Of a DNA stretch of 64,000 nucleotides, positions 10,228-20,774 are shown in pieces; within the stretch, counting starts at the first letter, position 1; each line of letters starts with the position of its first letter. Position numbers and translations under genes: made by a program. Under the pieces are notes generated by a model, which did no database searches, was not told the DNA's origin, and worked only from the letters and a program-made list of their open reading frames with translations. The stretch comes from Spirochaetia bacterium (GTDB taxonomy: Bacteria > Spirochaetota > Spirochaetia > CAKZLE01). The stretch lies in assembly GCA_963677595.1 (NCBI GenBank), contig OY782041.1, positions 192,001 to 256,000 on the forward strand, in the 5' to 3' direction.

Positions 10228-11308
10228 GGGCAGCCTTGAGTTCCTCGAACCGCTCGAGGATCGGGAGGTGCTGTGTACAGGCCTCTTCACACTTCCTGCA
10301 TTCGATGCACGCATCGAGTTCATCGATGCTCACACCCCAATGGGCCCGCAGCCGGGAATCCAATTTCTCATCAGTATCCAGGTAGAGGAGATTTGCCGTC
10401 TCGACGAACTTCCAGACGGGGATATCGACCGGGCAGTCCCTGCAGTAGGTACACCCGGTACAGAGGGCGTTGAACCGCTCTTCAGCCCCGCTCCTGAGTC
10501 GTTCGACCTCCTCCTCCGTATAGGGGGTGAACCGGTCGACCGAAGCAACAGCAGTATCCACATCATCTATGTCCCGGAAACCGATAAGCCGCACATCGAT
10601 CCGCTGCTCGTTCAGGAGGAAATGCAGTGCGCCGTCGAGCATGTCCTGGCCTTCATGGACCTTCAGGTATGAGAACGCCCGCTCGTTCGGTATGATCGTG
10701 CCGCCGCCGAGGGAGTTCATGACCACGACACCGAGCTTGTTTCGTGCCGCAGCGGCTATCCCCTCTTCACGGTAGCGGAAGTTGACAGCTGAGTAACCCA
10801 ACAGGACCCCTTCGAAGAGGCCCCGATCGATGACATCAACGATAGCGTAGCCGGGAAGGTGCGTCGAGAAGGTAAGGTGGCTGATAAGCCCCTCTTCCTT
10901 GGCCTTCTGCATGGCAGCGACTGCCCCGCCTGCGATCCGCCTGTCGATATCGCCGGGATTGAGGAGGTACCAGCAGTGGTAGAAGTCGATCGTATCGACG
11001 TTCAACCGCCTCAAGGATCGTTCCAGGTCTCTTCTCAGGTCATCCCCTGTGACTTTCATGGATTTTGTGCTGACATAGAAGGGCCTGCCGGTGCGTCCCT
11101 TCAGTTCTTTCACTGCCCTGCCCATGATGATCTCTGACTGGTCCTGGCAGTAGCCGGGTGCGGTATCGAAGTAGTTGATACCCTTCTCATATGCCCGGAC
11201 GACCACAGCAGCCATCTCATCGGTCTCCTGCGGCCGGGAGAACCTCATCCCCCCGAACCCTAGTGCCGAGACCTCCTTCCCCGTCGTTCCATACTCATTA
11301 TAGATCAT
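10214..11308 (-). CDS. Aldo/keto reductase with C-terminal 4Fe-4S dicluster
   Basis: VSALGFGGMR, NYFDTAPGY, CTGCTYCRDCP and CIECRKCEEACTQ. Confidence 0.9.
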   Translation of the reverse strand: MIYNEYGTTGKEVSALGFGGMRFSRPQETDEMAAVVVRAYEKGINYFDTAPGYCQDQSEIIMGRAVKELKGRTGRPFYVSTKSMKVTGDDLRRDLERSLRRLNVDTIDFYHCWYLLNPGDIDRRIAGGAVAAMQKAKEEGLISHLTFSTHLPGYAIVDVIDRGLFEGVLLGYSAVNFRYREEGIAAAARNKLGVVVMNSLGGGTIIPNERAFSYLKVHEGQDMLDGALHFLLNEQRIDVRLIGFRDIDDVDTAVASVDRFTPYTEEEVERLRSGAEERFNALCTGCTYCRDCPVDIPVWKFVETANLLYLDTDEKLDSRLRAHWGVSIDELDACIECRKCEEACTQHLPILERFEELKAALRAE

Positions 11309-11324
11309 TCGCTTTGTACCTTTT

Positions 11325-12434
11325 CTATACGTTGAACCTGAAGTGCATGATATCCCCATCACGCACGACATACTCCTTGCCCTCGATTCGCAGCTTCCCG
11401 GCTTCCTTCACCTTCTGCTCGGATCCGTAGGAGAAGAGGTCGTCACAGTGGTAGACCTCCGCCTTGATGAATCCCTTCTGGAAATCGGTATGGATGACCC
11501 CGGCCGCCTCCGGGGCTTTTGCCCCTTCGTGGAAGGTCCAGGCTCGATCCTCATCGGCACCTGCGGTGAAGAAGGTCCTGAGCCCCAGAGTCTTGTAGCC
11601 TGTCGCGATCAGGTGGTTGAGCCCGGACTCCTCGAGCCCTACAGCCTCGAGGAACTCCTGCCGCTCGGCTTCCGTCTCGAGGGCGGCGATCTCCGCCTCG
11701 AGCTTCCCGCAGATCATGATGACCGATGAGTCTTCCTCCCCGCCGGCGATCTCTCGGACTGTCTCGACAAACCCGTTCCCGGCTTCCAGAGCATCCTCGT
11801 CTACATTGCAGACATAGATGACCGGTTTCATGGTGATCAGGTGCAGGTCATACAGGAGGGCCTTCTGCTCCTCCGAGAGGTCCAGGGTACGGGCAGCCTT
11901 CCCTTCACTGAGCGCCTCTTTCACAGTGGTGAGTACCGGCAGCAGGGCTGCTGCCTGCTTGACCCCCTCTTTCCCGGTGCGGGAGAGCTTGTCCACTTTC
12001 GCGATACGCTTCTCGACGGTCTCCAGGTCTGCGAGCGCCAGCTCGATATCGATGGTCTCGATGTCGGAAGCTGGGTCTATCCGGTTATCGACATGGGTGA
12101 TATCCTCATCCTCGAAGCAGCGGACGACATGGACGAGCACGCTCACCTCCCTGATATGGGAGAGGAACCGGTTCCCGAGTCCCTCGCCCTTCGAGGCACC
12201 CTTGACCAGTCCCGCTATATCGACGAACTCGACGACTGCCGGGACGATCTTCTTCGGCGGTATGAGCTCAACGATCCTGTCCAGGCGTTTGTCGGGGACA
12301 CTGACCATCCCGACATTGGGGTCTATCGTACAGAATGGATAGTTCGCAGCCTCCGCAGGTGCAGAGGTAAGTGCTGAGAATATCGTGGATTTACCTACAT
12401 TCGGCAGCCCCACGATCCCGCAATTCAATCCCAT
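11325..12434 (-). CDS. ychF: Ribosome-binding ATPase YchF
   Basis: GLPNVGKST, NYPFCTI, DIAGLV, C-terminal HFRFNV. Confidence 0.98.
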   Translation of the reverse strand: MGLNCGIVGLPNVGKSTIFSALTSAPAEAANYPFCTIDPNVGMVSVPDKRLDRIVELIPPKKIVPAVVEFVDIAGLVKGASKGEGLGNRFLSHIREVSVLVHVVRCFEDEDITHVDNRIDPASDIETIDIELALADLETVEKRIAKVDKLSRTGKEGVKQAAALLPVLTTVKEALSEGKAARTLDLSEEQKALLYDLHLITMKPVIYVCNVDEDALEAGNGFVETVREIAGGEEDSSVIMICGKLEAEIAALETEAERQEFLEAVGLEESGLNHLIATGYKTLGLRTFFTAGADEDRAWTFHEGAKAPEAAGVIHTDFQKGFIKAEVYHCDDLFSYGSEQKVKEAGKLRIEGKEYVVRDGDIMHFRFNV

Positions 12435-12521
12435 AATTCTCTATCTCCTTAATAAAATCGATATATCCTATCACATATTGACATCGATGATAACCTCATT
12501 TAGAGTTAGAGTCTGTAGCTT

Positions 12522-13808
12522 ATGAAGAAAACAGATTTCCAGTATGACAGCAGCATGATCACTGAAGAGCATGCATACCTCGTTACGGTGCGTGACACCG
12601 ACGAGCCCGAAGATTTCACCTCGTTCAGGGCGGCAGAGCTTGCCAGCCTGGTGAAGACCATGGGAATGGTCGTCGCAGGGGCGGTCACCGTCTCGATCAA
12701 GGCCCCGAAAGCCACCTACCTCATCGGCTCGGGGAAGATGCGTGAGATCTGTGAGGAAGCGGATGCCCTCGATGCAGACTGCATCATCTTCGATGCGGAC
12801 CTCTCACCGAGCCAGCAGCGCAACTGGGAGAAGAACTCCGGGCGCTGCGTGATCGACAGGAGGGAGGTCATCCTCCAGATCTTCGCAGACCGTGCGTCAA
12901 CCCGGGAGGCCGTCCTCCAGGTGGCACTGGCGAGGCAGGAATACTCCCTGCCGAGACTCACACGGGCATGGACACACCTCTCACGCCAGCGCGGTGGTTC
13001 CCGTGGTACCAGGGGTGAAGGCGAGACCCAGCTTGAGGTAGACCGTCGTATCGTCATGAAGCAGATCTCCCAGATCAAGCGAGAGTTGACGAAAGTGAGA
13101 GAGCACCGTTCAACCCAGCGCAAGCAGAGACAGGGTATCCCCGTCCCGACCGGGTCGATCGTAGGCTACACCAATGCAGGGAAGTCCTCCCTGCTGAAGA
13201 AGCTCACCAACGCCGATATCCTCGTCGAGGACAAGCTCTTCGCGACGTTGGACCCGACCACGAGGAGGATCAACCTCCCGTCAGGGACCGATGTCCTCCT
13301 GACAGACACCGTAGGGTTCGTACAGAACCTCCCCCACGACCTGATCGATGCCTTCCGCTCCACCCTCGAGGAGACCCGCTTCTCCGATTTCATCCTCCAT
13401 GTCGTGGATGCCTCACACCCGGAACCACTGACCTGCTTCGAGACCACGATGGAAGTCCTTCGTTCCCTCGATTGTGCCGATAAGCCGCAGATCCTTGCCA
13501 TCAACAAGATGGACCTCTGCACAGACAGCCTCCACCTCTCAGGGCTCAAGCAGCTTGATGTCCGTATCGTCGAGATGTCCGTGAAGGATGGGACTGGAAT
13601 GGAGGAACTGCTCCAGGCGATCAGCGACACCCTCTTCTCAATCTACCCGGAAGAGGTCTACCACCTCCCGCAGGACCGGTACGACCTGCTGACCTTCATC
13701 AAGAAGAACGGCATGGTATCGAGCGAGGAGTATGAGGATGAGCGGATCATCATCCAGGCACGGATACCGGAACGGTTCCATTCAGCGATCAAGCAGTATA
13801 AATCCTGA
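12522..13808 (+). CDS. hflX: GTPase HflX
   Basis: GYTNAGKS, LFATLDPT, DTVGF, NKMD. Confidence 0.96.
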   Translation: MKKTDFQYDSSMITEEHAYLVTVRDTDEPEDFTSFRAAELASLVKTMGMVVAGAVTVSIKAPKATYLIGSGKMREICEEADALDADCIIFDADLSPSQQRNWEKNSGRCVIDRREVILQIFADRASTREAVLQVALARQEYSLPRLTRAWTHLSRQRGGSRGTRGEGETQLEVDRRIVMKQISQIKRELTKVREHRSTQRKQRQGIPVPTGSIVGYTNAGKSSLLKKLTNADILVEDKLFATLDPTTRRINLPSGTDVLLTDTVGFVQNLPHDLIDAFRSTLEETRFSDFILHVVDASHPEPLTCFETTMEVLRSLDCADKPQILAINKMDLCTDSLHLSGLKQLDVRIVEMSVKDGTGMEELLQAISDTLFSIYPEEVYHLPQDRYDLLTFIKKNGMVSSEEYEDERIIIQARIPERFHSAIKQYKS

Positions 13809-13846
13809 GCAGGAAGTATCCTGCATGGCAGTGCCCAGATACAAGA

Positions 13847-13868
13847 AATCCCCGGTCTCCCGGGGATT
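13847..13868. terminator. Hairpin between convergent genes
   Basis: AATCCCCGG-TCTC-CCGGGGATT inverted repeat. Confidence 0.55.
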
Positions 13869-13890
13869 CTCATATGCATGATAGGACAGT

Positions 13891-14367
13891 CTACATATCG
13901 AGTTTGTAACGACCGCCGATACCGCCGGCAACTGAGGCGCCGAACGGTACGATGTCGAAGCTGGGAACGATCTCAGCATAGACCTCGATCGGGTACTCTT
14001 CGAAGTAGTAAGAGATACCGATCGGGAATACCAGCCCGAGCCCGAAGCCTGAACCGAAATTTAGGCCGATACCACCACCGACATAGGGATAAAGCTCTAC
14101 TTTCTCGATCGCCAGTTCTGTATAGTTCCAGAGGAGGTCTCCCCGAATACTCAGCCCGTTAGCGATACCAAAACCGATGACGCCTTCAGCAGTCAGGTCG
14201 AAATCCTTGATGAGGTCATCGCCGAGGCCGTATTTGCCGGTGACCCCGAACGGTTCTCCCAATGACAGACCTACGCTGAAGTCTCCCTTCCCAACGATGC
14301 TGTCTGCAGCAACTGCAGGCATGATTACTGCAAGTATCAGAAATAACACGAGTACGATCTTCTTCAT
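13891..14367 (-). CDS. Small outer-membrane beta-barrel protein (spirochaete BAPKO_0422/DUF3996-like)
   Basis: Signal peptide; alternating Gly/aromatic strands; PIEVYAEIVP; terminal GGIGGRY. Confidence 0.7.
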   Translation of the reverse strand: MKKIVLVLFLILAVIMPAVAADSIVGKGDFSVGLSLGEPFGVTGKYGLGDDLIKDFDLTAEGVIGFGIANGLSIRGDLLWNYTELAIEKVELYPYVGGGIGLNFGSGFGLGLVFPIGISYYFEEYPIEVYAEIVPSFDIVPFGASVAGGIGGRYKLDM

Positions 14368-14696
14368 AATTCCCCCTAAAAATGTAACACTTTATGATCT
14401 TGTTACTATAATACCAAGGATAGGATAGGGATTCAACATAAATAATGAAAAACACCCGATTTTTATCGCGACTATTTATGAGTGTTTGTCAAAAAAAAAC
14501 TCATTCCCCGAGGATTGAGGTGAAGCAATACTCAATCATAGCCGGTATTATGTCTCTATGAGGGGCAATCCCCTCACTAACAGCCGCCTGCGGGGATACC
14601 TGATTGAATTAGTGTATTTTACCGCCTAAACTATTTTGTTTCATCTCAATACTATGATATAGTTTAGCTTGTAGTTTATAAAGAGGATTACCATAT

Positions 14697-15821
14697 ATGT
14701 CACAGGATGATGCAACGAGAAACACGGAATCTATGAGTCAACAGGATATCGAAGAGATCACTACCCTCTCCAAGCGGGGCTACCAGCTGTTGAAGGAAAA
14801 TATGGTGAGTGGCGCTGAAGAGTACTTCACGACCATCCTCGATAAGTATCCCAACAACAACTATGCATTAGTGGGTCTCGGTGACGTCGAACGGAAGAGG
14901 CGCAAGTACCGGAAAGCGATAAGCTACTACCAGGCCTGTCTCGAGAGCTATCCGAACAACAACTATGCACTCTTCGGGATGGCTGACTGCTACAAGGCCA
15001 TGAACCGTCTCGGCTCAGCAGTCGAGGCCTGGCTGAAATACCTCGAGAACGACCCGGGCAATGTGACAGTCCTCTCACGGGTCGCTGATGCCTACCGTAG
15101 GATGAAGAACTTCCCGAAATCGAAGCAGACGTATCTTCAGGTGCTTGATCTCCAGCCGGAGAACAGCTATGCCCTCATCGGCCTCGGCTACCTCCATTTC
15201 GATTTCAACGAGTTCGAGCTGGCCCTGAAGTACTGGGAGATGATGTACGAGATCGACCCGCAGGGCGTCGATATTCGGGTACTCACCTCGATCGGGAACT
15301 GCCATAGGAAGCTCAAGACCTATGAGAGCGGCCTGGTCTATTTCAAGAAGGCCCTCGACATGGACCGAAGGAACTTCTTCGCCCTCTTCGGCATCGCTGA
15401 CTGCTACCGCGGGATGCTGGAATATGAGAGCTCACTGATCTACTGGCTGAGGATCCTCGAGAAGGACCCGAAGAACAAGATCATCCTGACGAGGACCGGT
15501 GATGCCTACCGGGTCCTCGGCGATTACGACAATGCCGAGAAGTACTACCGCAAAGCTCTCAGCATAAACTTTGACACCTTTGCCATCCTTGGCCTTGCCC
15601 TCCTCAACAAGGAGCACGGGAAGTACGAGGAGGCGATCGAGCAGATCGAGAAGCTTCGCAGGAACGAGCCGAAGAACCACCGGTTCTATATCGAGCTCAG
15701 CAAGTGCTATACCGAGATGGGAAGGCATGATGATGCGGTGAAGATCCTGAAGAAGTATCAGGACCTCGGGATCTACAATATCTACATCTCGACCATGATA
15801 GACAAACTGCAAGAGAGTTAA
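14697..15821 (+). CDS. Tetratricopeptide repeat protein
   Basis: Repeated PxNxYALxGLA/GDxYR 34-aa units. Confidence 0.92.
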   Translation: MSQDDATRNTESMSQQDIEEITTLSKRGYQLLKENMVSGAEEYFTTILDKYPNNNYALVGLGDVERKRRKYRKAISYYQACLESYPNNNYALFGMADCYKAMNRLGSAVEAWLKYLENDPGNVTVLSRVADAYRRMKNFPKSKQTYLQVLDLQPENSYALIGLGYLHFDFNEFELALKYWEMMYEIDPQGVDIRVLTSIGNCHRKLKTYESGLVYFKKALDMDRRNFFALFGIADCYRGMLEYESSLIYWLRILEKDPKNKIILTRTGDAYRVLGDYDNAEKYYRKALSINFDTFAILGLALLNKEHGKYEEAIEQIEKLRRNEPKNHRFYIELSKCYTEMGRHDDAVKILKKYQDLGIYNIYISTMIDKLQES

Positions 15822-15825
15822 CCAA

Positions 15826-16854
15826 TTGGACATGACAGAAACACAACGATCACTATACGGACTCTCCCCAAAGGAGATCGCCGCATTGCTGCCCGACGAG
15901 AAACCGTTCCGGGGAGAGCAGATCTTCAGCTGGGTCCAGAAGGGTGCTGAATCCTTCGACGAGATGGCCAACATCCCGAAGCGGATCCGGCAGCAGCTGA
16001 CCGAGGCAGGATGGGGTCTCCTCACCTCCTGGATCATCGAAGAACGCATGGACCCTGACGGGACAGCGAAGCTTGGGATCAAGCTCACTGATGGTGCGGT
16101 GATCGAATGCGTCCTGCTCACCGATGACAAGGGCAGGAAGACCGCATGCCTCTCATCCCAGGTGGGCTGTGCCATGGGCTGCGCCTTCTGCCGGACCGGT
16201 ACTATGGGACTGACGAGGAACCTGAAAGCGGCAGAGATCGTCGAGCAGTTCCACCTGCTGCAGAAGCGATTCGGCGAGATCTCGCACATCGTCTATATGG
16301 GCATGGGGGAACCGCTTGCCAACATCAAGGCGGTACGGAAGTCGATCGAGATCCTCAACCATCCCAAGGGGGTGAACGTAGGCCTGCGGAAGATCACGAT
16401 CTCGACCTGCGGACTGGTTGAGGGGATCAGGGAACTCGCAGAGCAGGGTCCTCATGTGAAACTGGCGATCTCACTGGTCGCAGCCGATAACGAACTCCGA
16501 AGCTCCATCATGCCGATCAACAATGCCTACCCCCTCGAGGAGTTGAAGCAGGCGATCAAGGCCTACCAGGATAAGACCGGGCGGCGCATCACCCTCGAGT
16601 ACGTACTGCTCGGCGGGGTGAATGACTCTAGACGGGATGCGAACAGGCTCTCGGATTATATCAGGGGACTCCATGCGGTCATCAACCTCATCCCCTGGAA
16701 CCCCGGCGCCGAACTCGACTTCGAAGCCCCTGACGAACAGGCGGTCCGGAGGTTCACCGAGTACCTGACCCAGAACGGGGTCCAGGTGACCAGGCGCTAC
16801 CGCCGCGGGCGTGGTGTCAACGGGGCCTGCGGGCAGCTTGCTGTCAAGCAGTAG
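15826..16854 (+). CDS. rlmN: 23S rRNA m2A2503 / tRNA radical SAM methyltransferase RlmN
   Basis: CLSSQVGCAMGCAFC, MGMGEP, GACGQL. Confidence 0.95.
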   Translation: MDMTETQRSLYGLSPKEIAALLPDEKPFRGEQIFSWVQKGAESFDEMANIPKRIRQQLTEAGWGLLTSWIIEERMDPDGTAKLGIKLTDGAVIECVLLTDDKGRKTACLSSQVGCAMGCAFCRTGTMGLTRNLKAAEIVEQFHLLQKRFGEISHIVYMGMGEPLANIKAVRKSIEILNHPKGVNVGLRKITISTCGLVEGIRELAEQGPHVKLAISLVAADNELRSSIMPINNAYPLEELKQAIKAYQDKTGRRITLEYVLLGGVNDSRRDANRLSDYIRGLHAVINLIPWNPGAELDFEAPDEQAVRRFTEYLTQNGVQVTRRYRRGRGVNGACGQLAVKQ

Positions 16855-16856
16855 CT

Positions 16857-17927
16857 TCAGAGGATATAGACCGATCGTTCATTGAAGGTGAAGCGGATCT
16901 CATCCCCCTCGGCGAAGACTGTCTTCGCCACCGGGTTGAAATCTGTGGCCATGATCGTGATTCCCTCGAAATCAAGCTCGTAATCCTGGTTATCACCCAT
17001 GTAGATGCTTTTCGAGACCCTTGCCGGGAACGGTCCTTCACCGATGATGACCGATTCAGGGCGCACCACGATCCGGACTGAGTCCCCGGAGTTATAGGAT
17101 ACCGACTGGTTGACTGAGAACTCGGATCCATATAGCGAGAGCCTGGTAGCGGTATCCTCAGCCTCAACGATCTTCGCATCCAAGATATTGGCTTTCCCGA
17201 TGAAGTTCGCCACGAACTCATTCTTCGGTTTCTGATAGACCTCCTGGGGAGTCCCCACCTGCTGGATAACACCGAGATTCATGATCACCACTTTATCGCT
17301 GACAGCCATGGCTTCCGACTGGTCATGTGTGACATAGACCGTCGTGATGCCAACCTCTTTTTGGATCTTACGGATCTCATCCCTCATGTGAACTCTCAGC
17401 TTCGCATCGAGGTTGGAAAGCGGCTCATCGAAGAGCAGCACCCCGGGGTGCATGACGAGCGCCCTGACGAGGGCGACCCGCTGCTGCTGTCCTCCAGACA
17501 TCTGGGATGGGACCCTCGTCGAGAAGTCATCCATCTGCACGAGCTTCAGGGCATCCTCTACCCGCTCACGGATCTCGGCAGACGGCAGCTTCTTGAGCTT
17601 GAGGCCATACCCGATATTATTGAAGACATTCAGGTGCGGAAACAGGGCATAGTTCTGGAAGACCATGCCGAGGTCGCGCTTGTCAGGGGTAAGAGAGGAG
17701 ACATCCTCATCCCCGATGATGATCGCCCCTTCAGTAGGCGGCTCGAACCCAGCGATCATCCTCAGGATGGTGGTCTTCCCGCAGCCGGACGGCCCGAGCA
17801 GGGTGACGAACTCTCCCGGCTCAATATCGAGATCGATATGCTGGACTGCCCGGACCTCCCCTCGAGTCATGGTGACGAACGTCTTTGTGAGATTCTCCAA
17901 ACAGACCCGTTTTGCAGTAGTATCCAT
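16857..17927 (-). CDS. ABC transporter ATP-binding subunit (FbpC/AfuC/PotA type)
   Basis: GPSGCGKT, MSGGQQQR, DEPLSNLD, TOBE tail. Confidence 0.93.
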   Translation of the reverse strand: MDTTAKRVCLENLTKTFVTMTRGEVRAVQHIDLDIEPGEFVTLLGPSGCGKTTILRMIAGFEPPTEGAIIIGDEDVSSLTPDKRDLGMVFQNYALFPHLNVFNNIGYGLKLKKLPSAEIRERVEDALKLVQMDDFSTRVPSQMSGGQQQRVALVRALVMHPGVLLFDEPLSNLDAKLRVHMRDEIRKIQKEVGITTVYVTHDQSEAMAVSDKVVIMNLGVIQQVGTPQEVYQKPKNEFVANFIGKANILDAKIVEAEDTATRLSLYGSEFSVNQSVSYNSGDSVRIVVRPESVIIGEGPFPARVSKSIYMGDNQDYELDFEGITIMATDFNPVAKTVFAEGDEIRFTFNERSVYIL

Positions 17928-19636
17928 CAGTATGCCTCCCCGAAATCAATATCCATTCTCTTGAGCACCAGCCTCATGAGCAGCATGACAACTCCCACGA
18001 TGAGTATCAGCACGGTGCAATATGCGTTCGCAGCCCCGTAGAGCCCCTGATCGACCTGTCCCATGATCGCGGTCGTGAGCATCTGCCATTTCGCCGAGAT
18101 CAGGAAGATGATCGTGCTCACCAGCGTCATGCCCCGAATGAAGGCATAGACCATGCTCGAGAAGAAGACCGGCCTGATCAGCGGCAGGGTGACCGAAGTG
18201 AACACCTTCCGTGACCCCGCCCCGCAGACATTGGCAGCCTCTTCTATCGAGGGGTCTATCTGCTTGAGGGCCGCTATGGCAGACCGGGTCCCGACGGGGA
18301 AACTCCTGATCACCAGGGCGACGACCAGGATGATCGCCGTACCGGTCAGGATCACAGGGGGCTTGTTATAGGAGAGCACATATCCGAGCCCGATGACCGT
18401 GCCAGGCAGGGCGATAGCCATCAAGATCGAGGACTCCATGGCCCCCTTCCCCAGGAAGTTCTTCCTGACGATCAGGAAGGCTGCCACGATGCCGAGTATC
18501 CCGGCGATCGGTGTTGCGATGATCGCCAGGGTGGTCGAATCGATGATGTACTTGAGCCCTATAGTGAAGACATACTTGATCCATCGAAGGGAGAAGGAGA
18601 AGTCAGCTCCCCAGAGCTTCACGAAGGCACCGTAGGGTACCAGGGCATACATCGCCACGACGACCACCGAGATCGTCATGCATGCCGCATAGACCGGTCT
18701 CGTGACCCGCTTCGAGTCGATGAGGATCCTCTCCTTCGCCGCCTTTCCGGTAACTGTCACATAGGACTTCTTCCCGATGACGCCCTTTTGCAGGAAGAAG
18801 GCAAGCATGGAGATCATGAGCAGGACGACTGCCAACGCTGTCGCGCCGGAGAGGTCGTAACTCCCGATCCCCTGCTGGTAGATCTGCACCGCCATGGTGG
18901 TGTAGTTCCCGCCGATGACGATCGCATTGCCGAAGTCAGCGAGGGACTGGATGAAGATCAGCAGCGCGGCGTTCGCCAGCCCGGGAACCATGAGGGGGAG
19001 CGTGACCGTCAGGAACACTCTTACCCTGGATGCCCCTAACACCTGGGAAGCCTCCTCGATCGAGGGATCGATGTTCTGCAGCAGGTTCGTCAGCATGAGG
19101 TATCCGACAGGGAAGAAGGAGAGCGTCTGCGTCAGCAGCAGTCCCCAGAAACCGTAGATGTCGGACCTGATGCCAAGCAGGCTGCGGGTAACCAGGCCGC
19201 TCCTGCCGAAGAGGAGGATGGCGGAAAGTGAGATCACGAAGGGTGGAGAGATCATCGGGAGGATGGACAGGACCCTGAAGAATCCCTTGTGCGGTATCTT
19301 CAGGTAGGTGGTCGCATAGGCGAAGAGGAACGCGATGAGTGTTCCCGCTATGCTCACGGCGAGCCCGAGCTTGAGTGTCCTGAGGATGATGTCGATATTG
19401 TACGTCAGCCGCACGATATCGACATAGTTCTTGAAGGAGAAGCCCCCATCATAGAGCAGGCTCTCCTTGAGGATCGTGACCAGGGGTATGATGATGAACA
19501 TGATGACAACGATCATCACCGTGATGATCGAGACGAAGAGCACAGGGTCGCGGAAGGCGAAGAGCATCTGCCGCACCTGTTCCCTGAATCTCAATCCCCG
19601 TAACCGTCTCCCTTTTGTCTTACTGCTCATCCGCAC
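17927..19636 (-). CDS. ABC transporter permease, duplicated domain (FbpB/AfuB type)
   Basis: Two EAA loops (EEASQVLGA, EEAANVCGA); about 12 TM segments. Confidence 0.92.
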   Translation of the reverse strand: MRMSSKTKGRRLRGLRFREQVRQMLFAFRDPVLFVSIITVMIVVIMFIIIPLVTILKESLLYDGGFSFKNYVDIVRLTYNIDIILRTLKLGLAVSIAGTLIAFLFAYATTYLKIPHKGFFRVLSILPMISPPFVISLSAILLFGRSGLVTRSLLGIRSDIYGFWGLLLTQTLSFFPVGYLMLTNLLQNIDPSIEEASQVLGASRVRVFLTVTLPLMVPGLANAALLIFIQSLADFGNAIVIGGNYTTMAVQIYQQGIGSYDLSGATALAVVLLMISMLAFFLQKGVIGKKSYVTVTGKAAKERILIDSKRVTRPVYAACMTISVVVVAMYALVPYGAFVKLWGADFSFSLRWIKYVFTIGLKYIIDSTTLAIIATPIAGILGIVAAFLIVRKNFLGKGAMESSILMAIALPGTVIGLGYVLSYNKPPVILTGTAIILVVALVIRSFPVGTRSAIAALKQIDPSIEEAANVCGAGSRKVFTSVTLPLIRPVFFSSMVYAFIRGMTLVSTIIFLISAKWQMLTTAIMGQVDQGLYGAANAYCTVLILIVGVVMLLMRLVLKRMDIDFGEAY

Positions 19637-19704
19637 CTCCTCATGATGTGTTCAATGACAGTCGGGCGGCATCCAGCCGCCCAATTGTCACATTCAGCTG
19701 CCTT

Positions 19705-20736
19705 CTACTGGGTAGGAGGTGTTGTCTTGGTCAGCATGTTGAATTTCTCGAGGAACTCCGACCGGTGGTTCCCGGCCCATACATCATCCTGGTCGATGAG
19801 TACTGTATCCTTGAGCTGAAGGACCTCTTTGGGTGGATCCGCATTCGGGTTGGTGAGGAACTGCAGGGCGTTGACCGTCTGCCCGAGTTCCTGGGCTTCT
19901 GGGGTAAGGCACCAGTCGATGAACTGCTTGGCTGCATCCAGCTCCGGTGCCCCCTTGATGATGGCGACGGCGCCGATCTCATACCCGGTCCCCTCCTTAG
20001 GGGTCGTGAAGGTGATGTGGTCATATCCTTCTCTCTTGAACGCGATCGCATCGTGCATATACCCGATCGAGATCCCGCATTCATGGAGCTGGATCATCCT
20101 TCCACCGCCGGAACCTGACTTCGTGTACTGACGTACATTCTCGTTGAGTTTCTGGAGGTAGTCCCATCCTGCTTCCTCACCCTTGAGCTGCAGCATCGTC
20201 ACGAGGACGTTGTACGCGGTACTTGAGGAGCCCGGATGTGCGAAGACGATCTCACCCTTGTAGATCGGCTTCAGGAGGTCATCCCAGGTCTGGGGCATTG
20301 GGGCACCGACCTCGTCGAGCCACTCCTGGTCTGCCTCGAAGCCGAGGTACCCGCTATAGATACCGGTCCAGGCTCCGTTCGGGTCCTTGAAGTTGTCTGA
20401 GATCACGGCAGCAGTCGGGGATGTGTAGTGCTCGAGCAGCCCGAGCTTATCAGCCTCGATGAAGGTAAGGGACCCGCCACCGTACCATACGCTGGCCTGG
20501 GGGTTGTCCTTCTCAGCCTTGATCCTGGCAAGGATCTCGCCTCCACTCATCCTGACGAAGTTCGTCTCTATACCGGTAGCCTTCTCGAACTCCTGGGCTG
20601 CAAGTGCTGCATGCTCCTCGAGCATACCGGCATAGATGGTAAGAGTCTGCTTCTCCTCACCCTGACCGGCGGCGAACACGCTCATACCGGTGCAGAGAAG
20701 GGAAACGATCAGTAACAGAACTATACCTTTTTTCAT
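19705..20736 (-). CDS. ABC substrate-binding protein (AfuA-like, probably sugar-phosphate)
   Basis: Signal ending FAAGQ; RMSGGE..RIKAEKDNPQASVWYGG; GTGYEIG. Confidence 0.85.
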   Translation of the reverse strand: MKKGIVLLLIVSLLCTGMSVFAAGQGEEKQTLTIYAGMLEEHAALAAQEFEKATGIETNFVRMSGGEILARIKAEKDNPQASVWYGGGSLTFIEADKLGLLEHYTSPTAAVISDNFKDPNGAWTGIYSGYLGFEADQEWLDEVGAPMPQTWDDLLKPIYKGEIVFAHPGSSSTAYNVLVTMLQLKGEEAGWDYLQKLNENVRQYTKSGSGGGRMIQLHECGISIGYMHDAIAFKREGYDHITFTTPKEGTGYEIGAVAIIKGAPELDAAKQFIDWCLTPEAQELGQTVNALQFLTNPNADPPKEVLQLKDTVLIDQDDVWAGNHRSEFLEKFNMLTKTTPPTQ

Positions 20737-20774
20737 AATGTTTCCTCCTTTATGAAAAAGACATGTGTATATGA

